DNA from: Spirogloea muscicola
Lineage: Eukaryota
DNA length: 52,873 bases
Assembly: GCA_009602725.1 (NCBI GenBank)
Contig: WELB01000013.1
Span: 1,223,959 to 1,276,831, forward strand
Direction of reading: 5' to 3'
The first letter of the stretch is position 1. The number at the start of each line of letters is the position of its first letter. Shown here piece after piece: positions 41,270 to 52,873 of the stretch. The notes beneath the pieces were generated by a model, which was not told the DNA's origin, did not search any database, and saw nothing but the letters and a program-made list of their open reading frames with translations. Made by a program: the position numbers and the translations under genes.

Positions 41270-43570
41270 TGGTGCAGCACTTCCTGGAGGCTCGGTGCCT
41301 TGGGGCTTCAACGCTGCCGGTTCGCTCGCACAAGTCTTCCGCATGCGCCTGGCCGTATCGCTTCAACGCTCCCTTGCCCACGCCGTCCACACGCGAGCAG
41401 GCCGTGCTATGGCCGCCGCCTCTGGGTCTCGGCGGAGTGCCTCTTTCCCTGCAGGGAGCTACTCAGACCTGATGTTGCTCACTCTTTGGTACTGAGCTTC
41501 CCTCTGCATCGTTTCTTTGTTTTGCAGTGTTTTGTAGTGTAGTCCTCTCTCCGGCCCCTCTTTCTTTGGCTTTGGACTTTGTTCATTCTTTTTTTGGCTG
41601 GCTTTGCCAGCCCCTCTTCTCTATGGGCGCGCACTTCTCTTGTGTCCTGCCACCGCATGCGATTGTCTTTGTCCTTCCAGCGCTTCCAAGCGCTTGCTTT
41701 GCACCGCCGCGCCGGTCGCGCCCTTGCAGCAGCCTCTGGCTTGCGCAGCGGGGTTGCTCTTCCTCCACTCAGCTCATCTGACTTCCTACTGCAGACCCGG
41801 GGGCACCAAGAGCGCCCTGTCTGCCTAGCCTGTGGCTCCGTCAAGAACACCTGTATGCATCTGGCTGCCTTTCACAGCCGCTCTTTCAATATCTGCAGAC
41901 GCAGTCTTTCCCTTGACGCCTTCCCGGCTCCTCTTGGACATCGTTCATCCTTCCGTCTTTCCAAGGTAAGTATCAGCGTACATTCCTTTGGCCTTGGCCT
42001 CTCACAGCCCTGGCCGTGAATTGGAAGAGCTGTTTCTTTGGGCTGGCCTCTCTCAGCTCTTGCCGTGACGAGAAATGCTCTAACGCTTTTTGGCTTTGGA
42101 CATTCTCCATTTATTTCGGGCTGGCTTTGCACAGCTCCTCCTATGGGCGAGCACTTTCTCGCTGTTCTGGCCCCTTCGAAGTTTGTTCATTGTCCTTCCG
42201 GGTCCCAGTGGCTCGACATGTTGGCCCGGCTTGCGTGACCTTCACAGCCCTTGCCCCCATTGGGAGAGCCACTTCTTCTTGCGTGACGCGCTGTGTCCCG
42301 CAGGGGAGGTGAGCAGGCCGACTTCAGCGCCGCTGGCTAGCTAGCTCAGGTCTATTGTATACGCCTCTATATCACCCTCCAGCGGTCCATGGCTCACGCC
42401 TTGCACTTGCGTGCTGGCCGTACTCTAGCTGCAGCCTCTGCCTTTCGTCAAGGGGATTGCTGTCCGGCTGCTAGTCTTCGGGATCTGCGGCTCCTCACTC
42501 GTGGATACCAAGTGATTCGTACCGAGCAAGCTTTGTGAAAGCCCTTCTAGGCAGCGGTTCCAAAAGTGACTGGTGGCTGTGAGAGGCCAGCCCAAACTAA
42601 TGGACAAGGTCTAAATAATGAAAGCTTCGGAGGGGCTTTTGGCCCCCTCCGGGCGTTCGTCAATTCTTCTCGGGCTGGCTGTTCACAGCCCCTTTTTTGT
42701 TCTTTCTGAGCCGGCCAATCACAGCCATCGCCCGCTACTGGAAGAGGCTTTTCCCCAGCCCTCGCCCCCTCCTCTCACAGCCACTGCCTTGACCTGAAAG
42801 AGCCTGGAACAGCTGCTTCTCTTTTTGAACAATTGCTACTCTTTCTCTATATCAAGTGACTACAGGCAGATGGAGTTTAGTGACTTCGAGTCAGCAGCCG
42901 CAAGCCGGAGTTGATTCCAGCTAGGATTAGCAACCTCTGGTGAAAGCCAAAACCAGCAGCCAAAGCGTGGCCTGCCTGCAAGTGCATCGCATAAGCCCAA
43001 GAGAAGAAGACACGAAGCAGCTCTCGTATCAGGGGCGAGGGTTAAGTGAAGCCAGCCCACACTTGCGCAATTGAGTTACTTGGTGCTCCTATCCTTTCCG
43101 CCCCTTCGAACCTTGTCTATGCTCATTCCAGAACCATCGCCGTACTTGAAAGAGCTGTTTCGTCTTTTTTGGGCTGGCCTTTCTCAGCCATCGCGCCCCC
43201 CCCCCCCCTCACGTGGCAGTTTCCATCTGTGAAGGTTTTGTTTCCAGCCTCTTTGGGCCTTGGTTCACTTTAGCTCGCTCGTTATCACAGTCAGGCCTAG
43301 AACCGCTGAGAGGCAACAGCTCTCCTAAGTAAGGCGATGGCTGTGAGAGGCCAGCCTAAATGGAGTTCGACACGGCCGAAATGCAAATCACGAGCCCTCC
43401 ACGACTTCTGCAAATGGTTGCTCATCAACCCTGAGATTACAAATGGAGATGGGAGAAGGTAAGAAGGTGGGAAGATGTCGCCCTGTCAAAAGCTAGAGGC
43501 AGCAGCCAAAGCACGGCCTGTCCGCAAGTGCACGGCAAACGCCAAGGTACGCTGCGGACACGGCAAGATG
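41270..43570. mobile_element. Cluster 2 of CRE-like non-LTR retrotransposon 3' ends, both orientations
   Basis: ORF-end peptides VFRMRLAVSLQRSLAHAVHTRAGRAMAAASG...FPAGSYSDLMLLTLWY* (to 41495), SFQRFQALALHRRAGRALAAASG (about 41670) and TLQRSMAHALHLRAGR (about 42372); minus copies at about 42945-42995 and 43486-43565; stem-loop motifs at 41596, 42041, 42119, 42575, 42672, 43171 and 43339. Confidence 0.7.
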
Positions 43571-44160
43571 CATCCTTTACACCTGAGTGAGTAATTTGAT
43601 GGAGTCAGCGGCACACAGGGTACGTTACAACCTCCTTCAATTTCTCTAGGCTGAGCCCCTCTCAACGAAAGGGCTGCTAGCATGCTACTCATAGCACATG
43701 AAACTTGCTCCTGTATTTACAAAGCACCAGTGACATCGGAGTCAACAGATGAGGCCCAGTGTGGTATTCTCAGAAAGTACGGGGCTGTTGTCCTTGCCAT
43801 TTGCTGCAACTTGCTGGATTGAAGAAGCTCCCTGGAACAAGTCTCTACATTCCGGAGGGAGGCAAAGCAGCAGCTTGCCTCCATTCAGGAGGTATGTACA
43901 GCTCTTTCAAAAATAGCAATGCAAGCATAGCATCCGAGCAGCTGCTCAATGTCATTTGGCGACATGTTGCCAGTGTCTACAAGAGCAAGCCACCACAAGG
44001 CCAGAATATTGAATTCTTAAACTGCAAAAATCTGATGCCATTGGCATGTGGCAATGTCGGACACGTCAGCCAGATGCAAAGCAAAAGGTGGCCAAGCGAT
44101 TGGCTTGCGGAATTTACAAATGGCCGTGTTGCCTTGGTGGCCATAATATGGCCTATCAGA

Positions 44161-47100
44161 TTAGTGAGCAGCCTCCATTGTTGCAACCTCTTCCCGGATT
44201 CTGCGCTCCAGGACATCCTTAATCTCTTGCAATATTTCCGCGGCCTTGCTTGGGTCCATCGTTTCAACATCAAGCTTGTCATCAAGGGCTGCCTGTAATG
44301 TGAGCTCAAAACCGCCAGTGCCCTCAAGCACTTCCTGCAGAGCACAGGTAATGTAAAAGCGTCAGTATATGACAAGAGCAGCTGGGTTGTGGACATCAAC
44401 AAGATCTAGTGGAGCCAACATAGAACCTGGATAAGGTCCCAAAGTCGGATGCCAAGCATCATAGGCATCTCGGCACGTTCAATCTGACCTCAACGACATG
44501 CCTCAGAGCCTTTTGGCTCCTTGTGACATGAAGAGGCCATTCACACCATCTCCGAGAGGACTTCTGCAGATACAGGCCCAGGTTGCGCGTGGGACTGAAC
44601 CAGCATGGTGGGATGCGCTTCTCAACGACCAGAACGTCGTCAGTCTTGTTCATGAGAGCATGGTCTCTTGTGGGGTCCATCATCCGCAGATATACCTACA
44701 CAAGCACCACGCATGGGCTGACTCGCGGATAGGCAAATGATGGGCTACTTAAGTGGATATGGAATATGCAGTGGTAATATCACTAGGGATACAAGCAAAC
44801 GGACACAAACAAAGGGGTGAACCTCCAGATTGTGACGGCCTCCAACAGAAGCCCATGGCACTTTCCCAATGAAGGGGGCGGGCGAGCTCCTCCGATACTC
44901 CTTCATCTTATACGCGTTGCGCAGGACCTCATAGCCACCGTGCGTGAACCTGTCATGAAGGAGCCAGAGGAGCTAGCACTGATTCAGCATGGCATGTAGT
45001 TTGCCATGACGCTGTGACGTTCTTTCCATTCTCCCTACCCTAAGATCATGGCAGCAGGTTTTGCAAGCGCAAGCAGCATGCACAAGACAAGGAGGGGAAG
45101 TGCAGGTTGCACGGATTGCTAGAGGAGGGGGCCAACCAGCGGCCCGAGGCGAGGCCCAGGGGCACTTTCGGGACGAGGTCATGAATGTTCCGCACGCGCA
45201 GCATCCGGGCACCTTCCACAGCTTCCTGCCACAAGGAACTGGAGATATGAGCAAAAAGACTTCACTGCAGATAGCCTCGAGTGGCAGATGAGGAACCGCA
45301 CTTACTTCTGTGGTTGGCGCCTCTTTTTGCTCCTCCGTGTGCTTGCCGAAGCGGGCCAACGTTCGGGCTACAATTGGACCAAAGAGCCATGTGGCCCCGG
45401 CAACCAGCACGATCTGACATGCAAGGAGAGGAGGAGAGCAGTGCACGTTAAGGGGCTGCAAGTCGCTTGCTGGTTTGCAGCATGAGCTGTTGGGAACTCA
45501 ACATGGTGGCGCTAGCAACAGGATTGGTTCCAAACCGGCTGTCCAGACTGGAGGAAGATGCCGCCTGCCAGTACTGTAGTTGCGATCCAGAAAAGGTTGT
45601 CATACAGGCCAGGGCCGCCCACAGCCAAGGCAACTGAGCCGAGCGCAAAAGGAAGGGTGTCAAGGAGGGTAAAGTAGTTGATGGCGTGCAGGCCCTCAGG
45701 CCCCCAGGCAAACGGAGGTGCCATGAGAGTCTGTGGCCCAAAGCGCTGGGCAAAGAGGCGATCGCCGACGCGGGGTGCTGCGAAGGTCACGGCTGTCACT
45801 GTGGGCAGCTCATAGCCAGCCTTCTGGCCATCCACAAGCTTCTCAATGAAGTCCTGTCTGCACTCCTCGGTCTGTCTGTAGATTGCATCCTTCATCTCGT
45901 CTCGGTCGGTGGACTTTTCCTCGTACTTTTTCCAGTCCTGCGCGTGCTTGTCACCACAAGGTTGTCATCCTTCTTCAACTTGCAATTGAAACACTTGACT
46001 TGAAAACCATCACCTTTCAGTAAACCCCTAGCTCCGTTGCCAAAGAGGGGTGGGAACATGTGGCACCAAGCCTGTGTCGTGCTTGTGGTTCTGGGTGTCG
46101 CGCTCAATTACCTGCTTGTCCAGCTGCAGCTTGGCGATCTTCTTGGCCTCCCGGAGAGTCTCGGCGATGTCAAAGGCACTCAGCGAAGCCAGCGCTCCTC
46201 CAAGGCTGTGGCCCGTCGTGGTGATACTACTCACACGCCCACCACTCTGCGAGTATGACTCAAGTCAACTCCCATCCAAGTGGGGGGAACAGGAACATAA
46301 TACTCTTGCTGCCTCCTCACTGCCAAGCACCATGAGCAGTCCCCGCACAGCTTGGGCGTGCATACCTTCTCTACGCTGTCCAGGATCTTGTACAGCTCCT
46401 TGTAGACCTGTTGGCGAGGTGATCCAAGAGGAGGTGCATCCCCTTCGCTAGAGCTTGGCGAGGCAAGCTTGTCCTCGCGTGCATCGCAGTACATCTCCTT
46501 GAAGCCGAACGAGACACGAGGGTCGTCGAAATTCATTCTGCTTCGCCACGTGCCCTCCAGCCAGAACATGAACCACTGGAATGCTGCTATTGGGATTTTG
46601 CCCGCTTCAGTAACCCACTGGATGGGCCCCAGCGACAGCATGCCGGAGATTGCGCCGGCCGTGATACCTAGAGGCAGTGCCAACTTCCAGGCCGCTGCTA
46701 CCGAAGGCAGCAGCGGCATATCTTGCAGGACGGCAGTGCTGAGGATGTATGCGACGCCGGCAAAGGCTCCCACGCCGAGGCCAACATTGATGCCGAGCAC
46801 CTTGAACGGGTTTGAAGGCAAGGTCTGTGAGGGGAGTGGAGCAATGCCCTGCCCGTTGTTCCAGCTCACCATCAATGCCTTGATGTCCTGCCCAGATTGC
46901 ACAATGTACAAGTACATGTTCACCAATGTCAGCATTGATGAGCGGATGACTGGTCCATACCGCACATTATGACATCAACGAGAGAGCATGCGAAGGTTGA
47001 GCAGGGACCTGAAGCCACTCGCCCTTGGTGATCGTGCCTCTCCATACAACCGCAACATCCACCTCCTTGTTTCCGGCAGGGTCGCTGTGGGCGACAAAAC

Positions 47101-48199
47101 CCACAAAGTTCTTGATCTGGCTGCTGCTTTCAACCAGCTTGTAGGCCCCCGAGTCTGCATACAGGAGGGCCGTGACCTGGCCAGCCAGGGGACAGCCAAG
47201 CAAAGTGAGCCACAGTGGCCTTGTTGTGACTGTCGTACTTGTGGTGCAAAGAGCAAGATTGGAGAGCTTGTGGGCCAAGAGGCACATAGTGAGTAGAGTC
47301 TGCAGAAGAGAGGCCCTTTGCACGTTTTCGATGATGGCAGCAATCACTCTCAACACTGGAGCAGGACGAGAAGTGTACCACCTTGAAGCGTCTGCCGTCA
47401 TCGCTGGTGAGAGTGAGACTCTTCGAGGTCAGGTACTCGTCTGGATCCAGACGGCTCCGGCCAAACCGGCTGCTGTATATGTTCTTAGTTTCGAGAGCAT
47501 CATACGTCGTCTGGGCGAACTCGCCGTACTTGATGACCTCATCGCGCAGCACGTCGAAGGTCTGCAGGCGGCAGACATTCACCCTTGTGAAAAGCCGAGT
47601 CGCCGACCAAGTGCCAGATTGCCTCACCATGATGCATGCTAATAGCACCACCGGCTTCCTCCAAAGGAATGGGTCTCGAGGAGTAACGCCCGTTAGCAAG
47701 CAGCACCATGCTTCAGGTACAAGCGGTCTGCCATGAGCAGAGCTGGCCTGTTGGTGCCACGCCCGGCGACCGAGCAAGACTCCCGACGACAGCGGCAGTG
47801 AGGCAGTGGCAGTCGGGTGCCTCGATGGGCCGGGGCCACAGCAGCAATACCTTGGGCTCTTCGGAAGGCGGACGCGCCTGGGGCTGATCAGGATGCTGCG
47901 TCTCGTCTTGGAGCCGCTCGCGCAGCTCCTCGTCGCTGCTGTTCCACTCTTTCAGCAGCGCGGTGACCTCCTCCTTGGGCTTCCGCAGAATGGTGTGGAT
48001 GGTCTCCGGCCGCCGGCCGCTGTCGCCTTCCTCCGCCTGACCAGAGGCAATGTCAGCGAGGCGCCCGCTCGGGGTGGGCGTCGACTGGGCGGCAGCGGGG
48101 GTGGGGCGGGGCCGCGGACCTGGTGGGTGGCCGGGGCGCGGGTGAGGAGTGCAGCGCGCGGCGCGGCGGGGCGGGCCCTGCGCTGCAGGCCCAGGCGGC
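44161..48199 (-). CDS. DAD1-like phospholipase A1 (lipase class 3), copy B, with hydrophobic insertions; 5' end in gap
   Basis: Spliced exons: DEVIKYGEFAQTTYDAL, NFVGFVAHS..VAVVWRGTITKGEWLQ, PRVSFGFKEMY, ITTTGHSLGGALASLSAFDIA (Ser), VTFAAPRVGD, LRVRNIHDLVPKVP (Asp), RHNLE (His), RDHALMNKTDDVL..IPPCW; stop TAA at 44161-44163; no lesion found. Confidence 0.88.
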
Positions 48200-48508
48200 N
48201 NNNNNNNNNNNNNNNNNNNNNNNNNNNNNNNNNNNNNNNNNNNNNNNNNNNNNNNNNNNNNNNNNNNNNNNNNNNNNNNNNNNNNNNNNNNNNNNNNNNN
48301 NNNNNNNNNNNNNNNNNNNNNNNNNNNNNNNNNNNNNNNNNNNNNNNNNNNNNNNNNNNNNNNNNNNNNNNNNNNNNNNNNNNNNNNNNNNNNNNNNNNN
48401 NNNNNNNNNNNNNNNNNNNNNNNNNNNNNNNNNNNNNNNNNNNNNNNNNNNNNNNNNNNNNNNNNNNNNNNNNNNNNNNNNNNNNNNNNNNNNNNNNNNN
48501 NNNNNNNN
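48200..48508. other. Assembly gap
   Basis: Run of N. Confidence 1.
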
Positions 48509-49059
48509 GCCCCCCCGCCCGCCTCCGCGGCACGCCCCGCCCGCCGCATTGGCTTGTCACGCCGCGCCAGCGTCCTCTTGCGCGGCGCCCCGCCGCGCCC
48601 GCCAGTGCACGCCCCGGCCCCCTCTGCTTTCGCCCCACCTACCCTGCAGCTTGGTGGGGCCCGGCCGGCGGGGCCGTCCCGGCGGGCGAGCCACTCGGGA
48701 GAAGCCGCCTTGCTCCCTGCGGGCCTCCCGTGCCGTGGCCTCGCGCCCGGCCCCCCCGCCGCTGCAGTGATCACTCGGCGTCGGGTCCCACAACGTGCTC
48801 ACGCCAGAGGGACTCCTTGGCGCCCCCCCCCCCGTCGCATAGCTCTCCGGTTCTGCGCGGCGCCCCGCTCGCTCGGTGCTGCGCCGCCGACCGCGACCGC
48901 CGGCCGTTGTCCGCGTCGCTTCAATGCACCTCCGCCTCTCCTCGCCCCTTGCGCACCTCAGCCCCGCAGCTTCACGACGCTGCACGAGCTCCGGCTGGTC
49001 GCACACGGGCGTGACATCCGCCACTCTCTCTCTAGCCATGTCCTTCCCTCCGCATGCGG

Positions 49060-50035
49060 CTAATTTTCCAACGGTCCCAGGCTCACGCGGTGAACTTGCG
49101 CGCAGGCCGCGCTCTGGCTGGTACTTCTGGGTCTCGTCGGGGTGCCTCGTTCCAGCTGCAAGTTACTCCGACTTGCGTCTGCTGACTCGGGCTTACACAT
49201 TTCTCATTCTCTGCAGTCTCTTGCATACCTGTGTGATGTTGTCGCCTTTCACTATTTTGGACCTTGTCTAATCTTCCTGGGATGGCTGTTCACAGCCCCA
49301 GCATCTCTTGGAATTCAGCATCGTTTCAGCGACCTTAAGGTGCTGACCCGTGCTTACTGAGCGGGTCAAATTGCAGTGGGTATTGTACGTCATCAGATGT
49401 GCTTGCCGTTGTACTTGGCTACTTTGGCCTTCTATTGTTTCAACACACGCAGAGTTTCCCCTTGGAAAAGCTCACGTCCCGCTATTACGGGCTGACATCT
49501 CCGAAAGTCCTGGATGCTGCCGCCAGCGCCGTTTGGTGGAGGCTGCGCTCATTATGCGTGCCTGTCCGTTGTGCACCTACGTCTCCCCTTTTCTCGTTCG
49601 CAGCAATACCCTCAGCGCGCTGGTCGTGGATATCCACGACACTGATCAGTGTGGCCGGTGTTCTCGCCACTCGCTGCTGGCCTCTCAAGCTGGTCACGCT
49701 GACGCGAGCATCGAGCAGCACTTTCTGGAGCTTCGTGCCTGAGGTCTTTCATTGAGCTCCGGCTGCATCTGCTCTATGTCGCTTCAGCAAGCCCAAGCCC
49801 TCACCTTGCACTGCCCGCTTCTGCAGCCTCTGGCTTGTGCGGCAGAGCTCCACTTTCTCCCCTCAGCTCATCCGGTCACACGGAATCACTGATTGCACGT
49901 TCCTATGCGCCACCTCCGAGTACTGTAGATACACACCACCAGTCCCCTTGTAAGCAGTTGCCTGGCTGTCACAGCCGCCCTTGAATGTCAGTTGCAGCCT
50001 TCGCTTTCTTCGCAGCCAGGCCGAGCCAGCCCAAA
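49060..50035 (+). mobile_element. Cluster 3 of CRE-like retrotransposon 3' ends, including a decayed CCHC/RLE endonuclease segment
   Basis: FQRSQAHAVNLRAGRALA...PAASYSDLRLLTRAY (49064-49197), 3'-UTR motif at 49258-49300, SDLKVLTRAY* ending 49360, then IRCA..SIV..EF..KAHV..RADI..LVVDI..AGHA..QHFLE..SLQQAQALTLH (49390-49830). Confidence 0.6.
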
Positions 50036-52256
50036 GTTGGAAGACGGCGTGAGGGCTGCTTGCAGTGTCGCCCCCAGCCCAGACGCAGGTCTTGCTACGC
50101 AGGTCCTGCTACACGGTTGCCCGTGGGCGCCGCCCCTGATTGAATTTCGCACAGTAAATCCATGGCAAGGTGCTGAGGGGTAGCATGACCACGGCACGAG
50201 CAGCACGTGCCCTGCTTTTGACAAGCCGGGCTGAGGTCACCCACTAGTGCGTGACGCCACGAGTCATCACCAGAGACCTCAGTCACTGCGGCGGGAAGAT
50301 CCTCCCTGAGACACTCGACCATCGTTGACCAATCATGGTACGCACACGTGCGAGCTCCAAGGACTCCCTCGCATGGGGAGCTTGCCTTGGCACCGCGCTG
50401 TGGTAGGGTCCTCCAGGTGTCCTAGCCTCTGCCTCTACTCTGTGGGGGCTCCCCCTTGGACGTAGTGGTGGGCAGCTTGGGCCCACACCGTTCTGCGGGC
50501 TTACGTGCGTGATACAGAATGCGGCTCTAGGCCTTGCCCTTCATCAGCGTGCTAGAGGCCCCTAAACAAGGCCACGAGCTTCCATGTCGGTGCTCAGGCT
50601 CCCCAGCTAAGCCTGCCCGACTTGTATGTGCTCACTCGTGTGTACAAGAGCCCCACTCCAGCCTTGCTTCCGCCCTGCTTCCCCAGGCCCTAACAGGGTA
50701 GGGCTTCGCTTTGATCAACCCCATTATCGACACTGCCTTTGGAGTGTGTGGACGGTCTTGGCTAGGCTTAGCTACCTCCTTCATTCCCATGGTGCGCACA
50801 TGCGCGCCTTCTCTCCCGACATTGTCACCCTCTTTGGGCTCATCCCCGCCCCGTGTTGAAGGGCTTCTCTCTGCCCCCATCAGGAGGAGCTCCACTGCTC
50901 TACAGCACCCCATCCTCCGCAAGCAAGGCTACCTGACTGATGCTCTCAACCGAGATGTGAGAACTCCACTGGGCTACCACCGCCCTGCATGCAGGCAGCA
51001 CACGTGCGCCTCCAGCTTGGGCAGGGTACCCTTGACGAGGTCGCCGGCACAACTAGGACAGGCACCCAAGTGCCTTCTTGTGTCACCTCTAAGTGGGTGG
51101 GCAGGTCTAAGCCGATGTGCTGACATGTCTTCCGAGGATCACGACGGACTTGGAAGCATGTCAGGCCAGGCGTCTCACTCGGACTTGACTCAGCTTCTCG
51201 TGCACAGGCACTGGGATGGTCTTCTTGGGTCTGCAATTAAGATGATGGCATAACAGGTGAAATGTCCTGCACGAGGTTGTGTATGAGTCACACTTCATGC
51301 CTAGGCTGCTCAGCTACTGACATGACCATTTTGCAGTCCTCTTATTCAGGCACTTTGAGTGCCTTAAAAGCATACGAGATACGGGGCAACCTGAAGTTGG
51401 GACTTGAAATTCGACCGAAGATCAATATGGGCTCATCATTGACATAGACTCAGGCTTTTGGCATGAAAATGAAGCATGAGAGTTGCAGGTACTAAGCACA
51501 GAAAAGGTCATGCGTCCCTTCCAGCTGTCACAAATATCATCTTACTGAAGTCAATAAAGACAAAACCCTCCTGGTTGCCGCCAATTGTAAAGATGTTCGG
51601 CCAATGTCATTGAGGCAAGGATAGACATTGAGGATGATCAGGCAAATGCAGTATACTGATCGAAGTGCTATAATATTCGGAACTGGAAACACTGGCAGTC
51701 AACCTTGAATAACTTTGGTGGCTGCTGATCTGTACATGCAGTACCAACTAGAGAATGCAGACCTAAATGAGACAAGCTCAAAACTCCACCTGCACTGTAA
51801 ATCAGCTGTGCTTTTACGTGTAGGCCACATCGAACTTGGCAACAGTCCTGCCCTGCCAGGTCGACTAGGAAGCTCCTACAAGCACCTACAGGAACCAGCC
51901 TGGCTCTGAGCCTGCACAATCTGGACCGTTGAGTAGAGGGGAAAGTGTGTCAATGGTACGACCCAGCTCCTCTTCCACCGCGGTCTGAGACTTCTTGTGA
52001 AGTCACCATCACCAGTACGGACACCATGCAGTTGCGTGCATCACCTGCTCCTTCTTCCACTTCAGTAGCAGAGCTCCTGCCTGCTCCTGCACAGAGAATG
52101 ACCTGTGCTTCTGTAGGACCTTGGCACCAATGCTCTTGGCCCGTTGCGGACTATATGGCCTGCACACGCAGCGGCAGGGCCTCGACGCTTCACAAGACCT
52201 CACGATAAAGCCAAGTCTCTGTAAACAGACATTAGTTGACTCAACCTTTTGGAGCT

Positions 52257-52830
52257 CATGCAGCTATGCCAGCCCAAACAACTTGCCGCAGAACCCAGCA
52301 ATAAAACATCTACATGCCAAGACATGGTCACGCAGTTCATGAAGTGCTCCTCGCCTGCTACCTCGCCTCAAGCGCAACGGGCTTTTGACAACCTGGCAAG
52401 GACTTTGCTGTGAACTGCAACAATAACAGACCTGGGTATGAAGCCTGCCTCCCGCATGCGGGCTTGCCATCGCACCAAAGTCTCAGTGCGCTTTGTCCTG
52501 TGTGCTCCTTCGCACGCGATGACATTGATGATCTCGCGCCCCATGATGTGCTTCTCGAAGATATGGCGCTTCTTGCAGTCTGATGGTAAAACATTTGCAA
52601 TGCTCTCCATGTTTGCAAGGAACACATCCAGAGCCTGCCACAGCGTTTTCAGCAGAGCCACCAGAGGAATGAGCGCATGAGCTGCACGTGAAGAAGGGAC
52701 CAAGTTACACTGAGTGAGTCTGCTTTTTACCATTTTAGTAGGTGACTCCAACATCGACTGCTGTCAGCAACCATGTGACCAGATTGGGCCACTGCATGGT
52801 CCCCTGCAACGTCACGGCAAGAGTAGCCAT
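52257..52830 (-). pseudogene. GRAS-domain transcription regulator, C-terminal PFYRE/SAW fragment, degenerate
   Basis: QALDVFLANMESIANVLPSDCKKRHIFEKHIMGREIINVIACEGAHRTKRTETLVRWQARMREAGF. An early stop follows at 52368, then out-of-frame DVLLLG and GIAA* (SAW-like); the upstream frame is broken. Confidence 0.75.
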
Positions 52831-52873
52831 TGTTCGTGATAGATTTCCCCGCCCAACCCCACCCCCCCCCCCC

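Noticed and set aside
41500..43400. CRISPR-like or integron-like array of repeats with spacers
   Set aside because: Spacing is irregular, orientation is mixed, repeats are degenerate and there is no cas or integrase gene. Retroelement ends explain the pattern better.
49390..49760. Tyrosine recombinase (DIRS/Crypton) relic suggested by AVVLGYFGLL, SPLFSF and RHSL..AG
   Set aside because: The catalytic Arg and Tyr are absent, and other frames give a better colinear match to an RLE domain ending in the same SLQ..QA peptide found in the other repeat copies.
50280..52200. Two MVRT-starting ORFs and decayed coding-like sequence
   Set aside because: No recognisable domain or terminal repeats. It may be old transposon debris, but I cannot support that.

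Overview
GC-rich, intron-rich eukaryotic nuclear DNA with three assembly gaps. It is most likely a streptophyte alga; a plant-type CesA together with a GRAS domain suggests Zygnematophyceae, but that is inference. Gene order, from hand-spliced exons: GRIK/SnAK kinase (+, 5' end off-window), CENH3 (-), PAT1 decapping factor (-), cellulose synthase CesA (+), golgin GC6/p115 (-), ZFC3H1/Red1-like zinc-finger protein (+, one apparent frameshift), a tandem pair of DAD1-like class-3 lipases (-; left copy a pseudogene, right copy apparently intact) and a degenerate GRAS fragment (-). Intergenic DNA holds two decayed L1-type LINE relics and three stacks of 3' ends from a CRE-like non-LTR retrotransposon that share a GGCTG-N8-CAGCC stem-loop. 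The strongest candidates for novelty are the lipase family carrying two large hydrophobic inserts inside the catalytic fold, the stacked CRE-like ends upstream of genes, and a CesA with substitutions in normally conserved motifs. Exon boundaries and family assignments come from reading the sequence and from remembered motifs; no searches were run.
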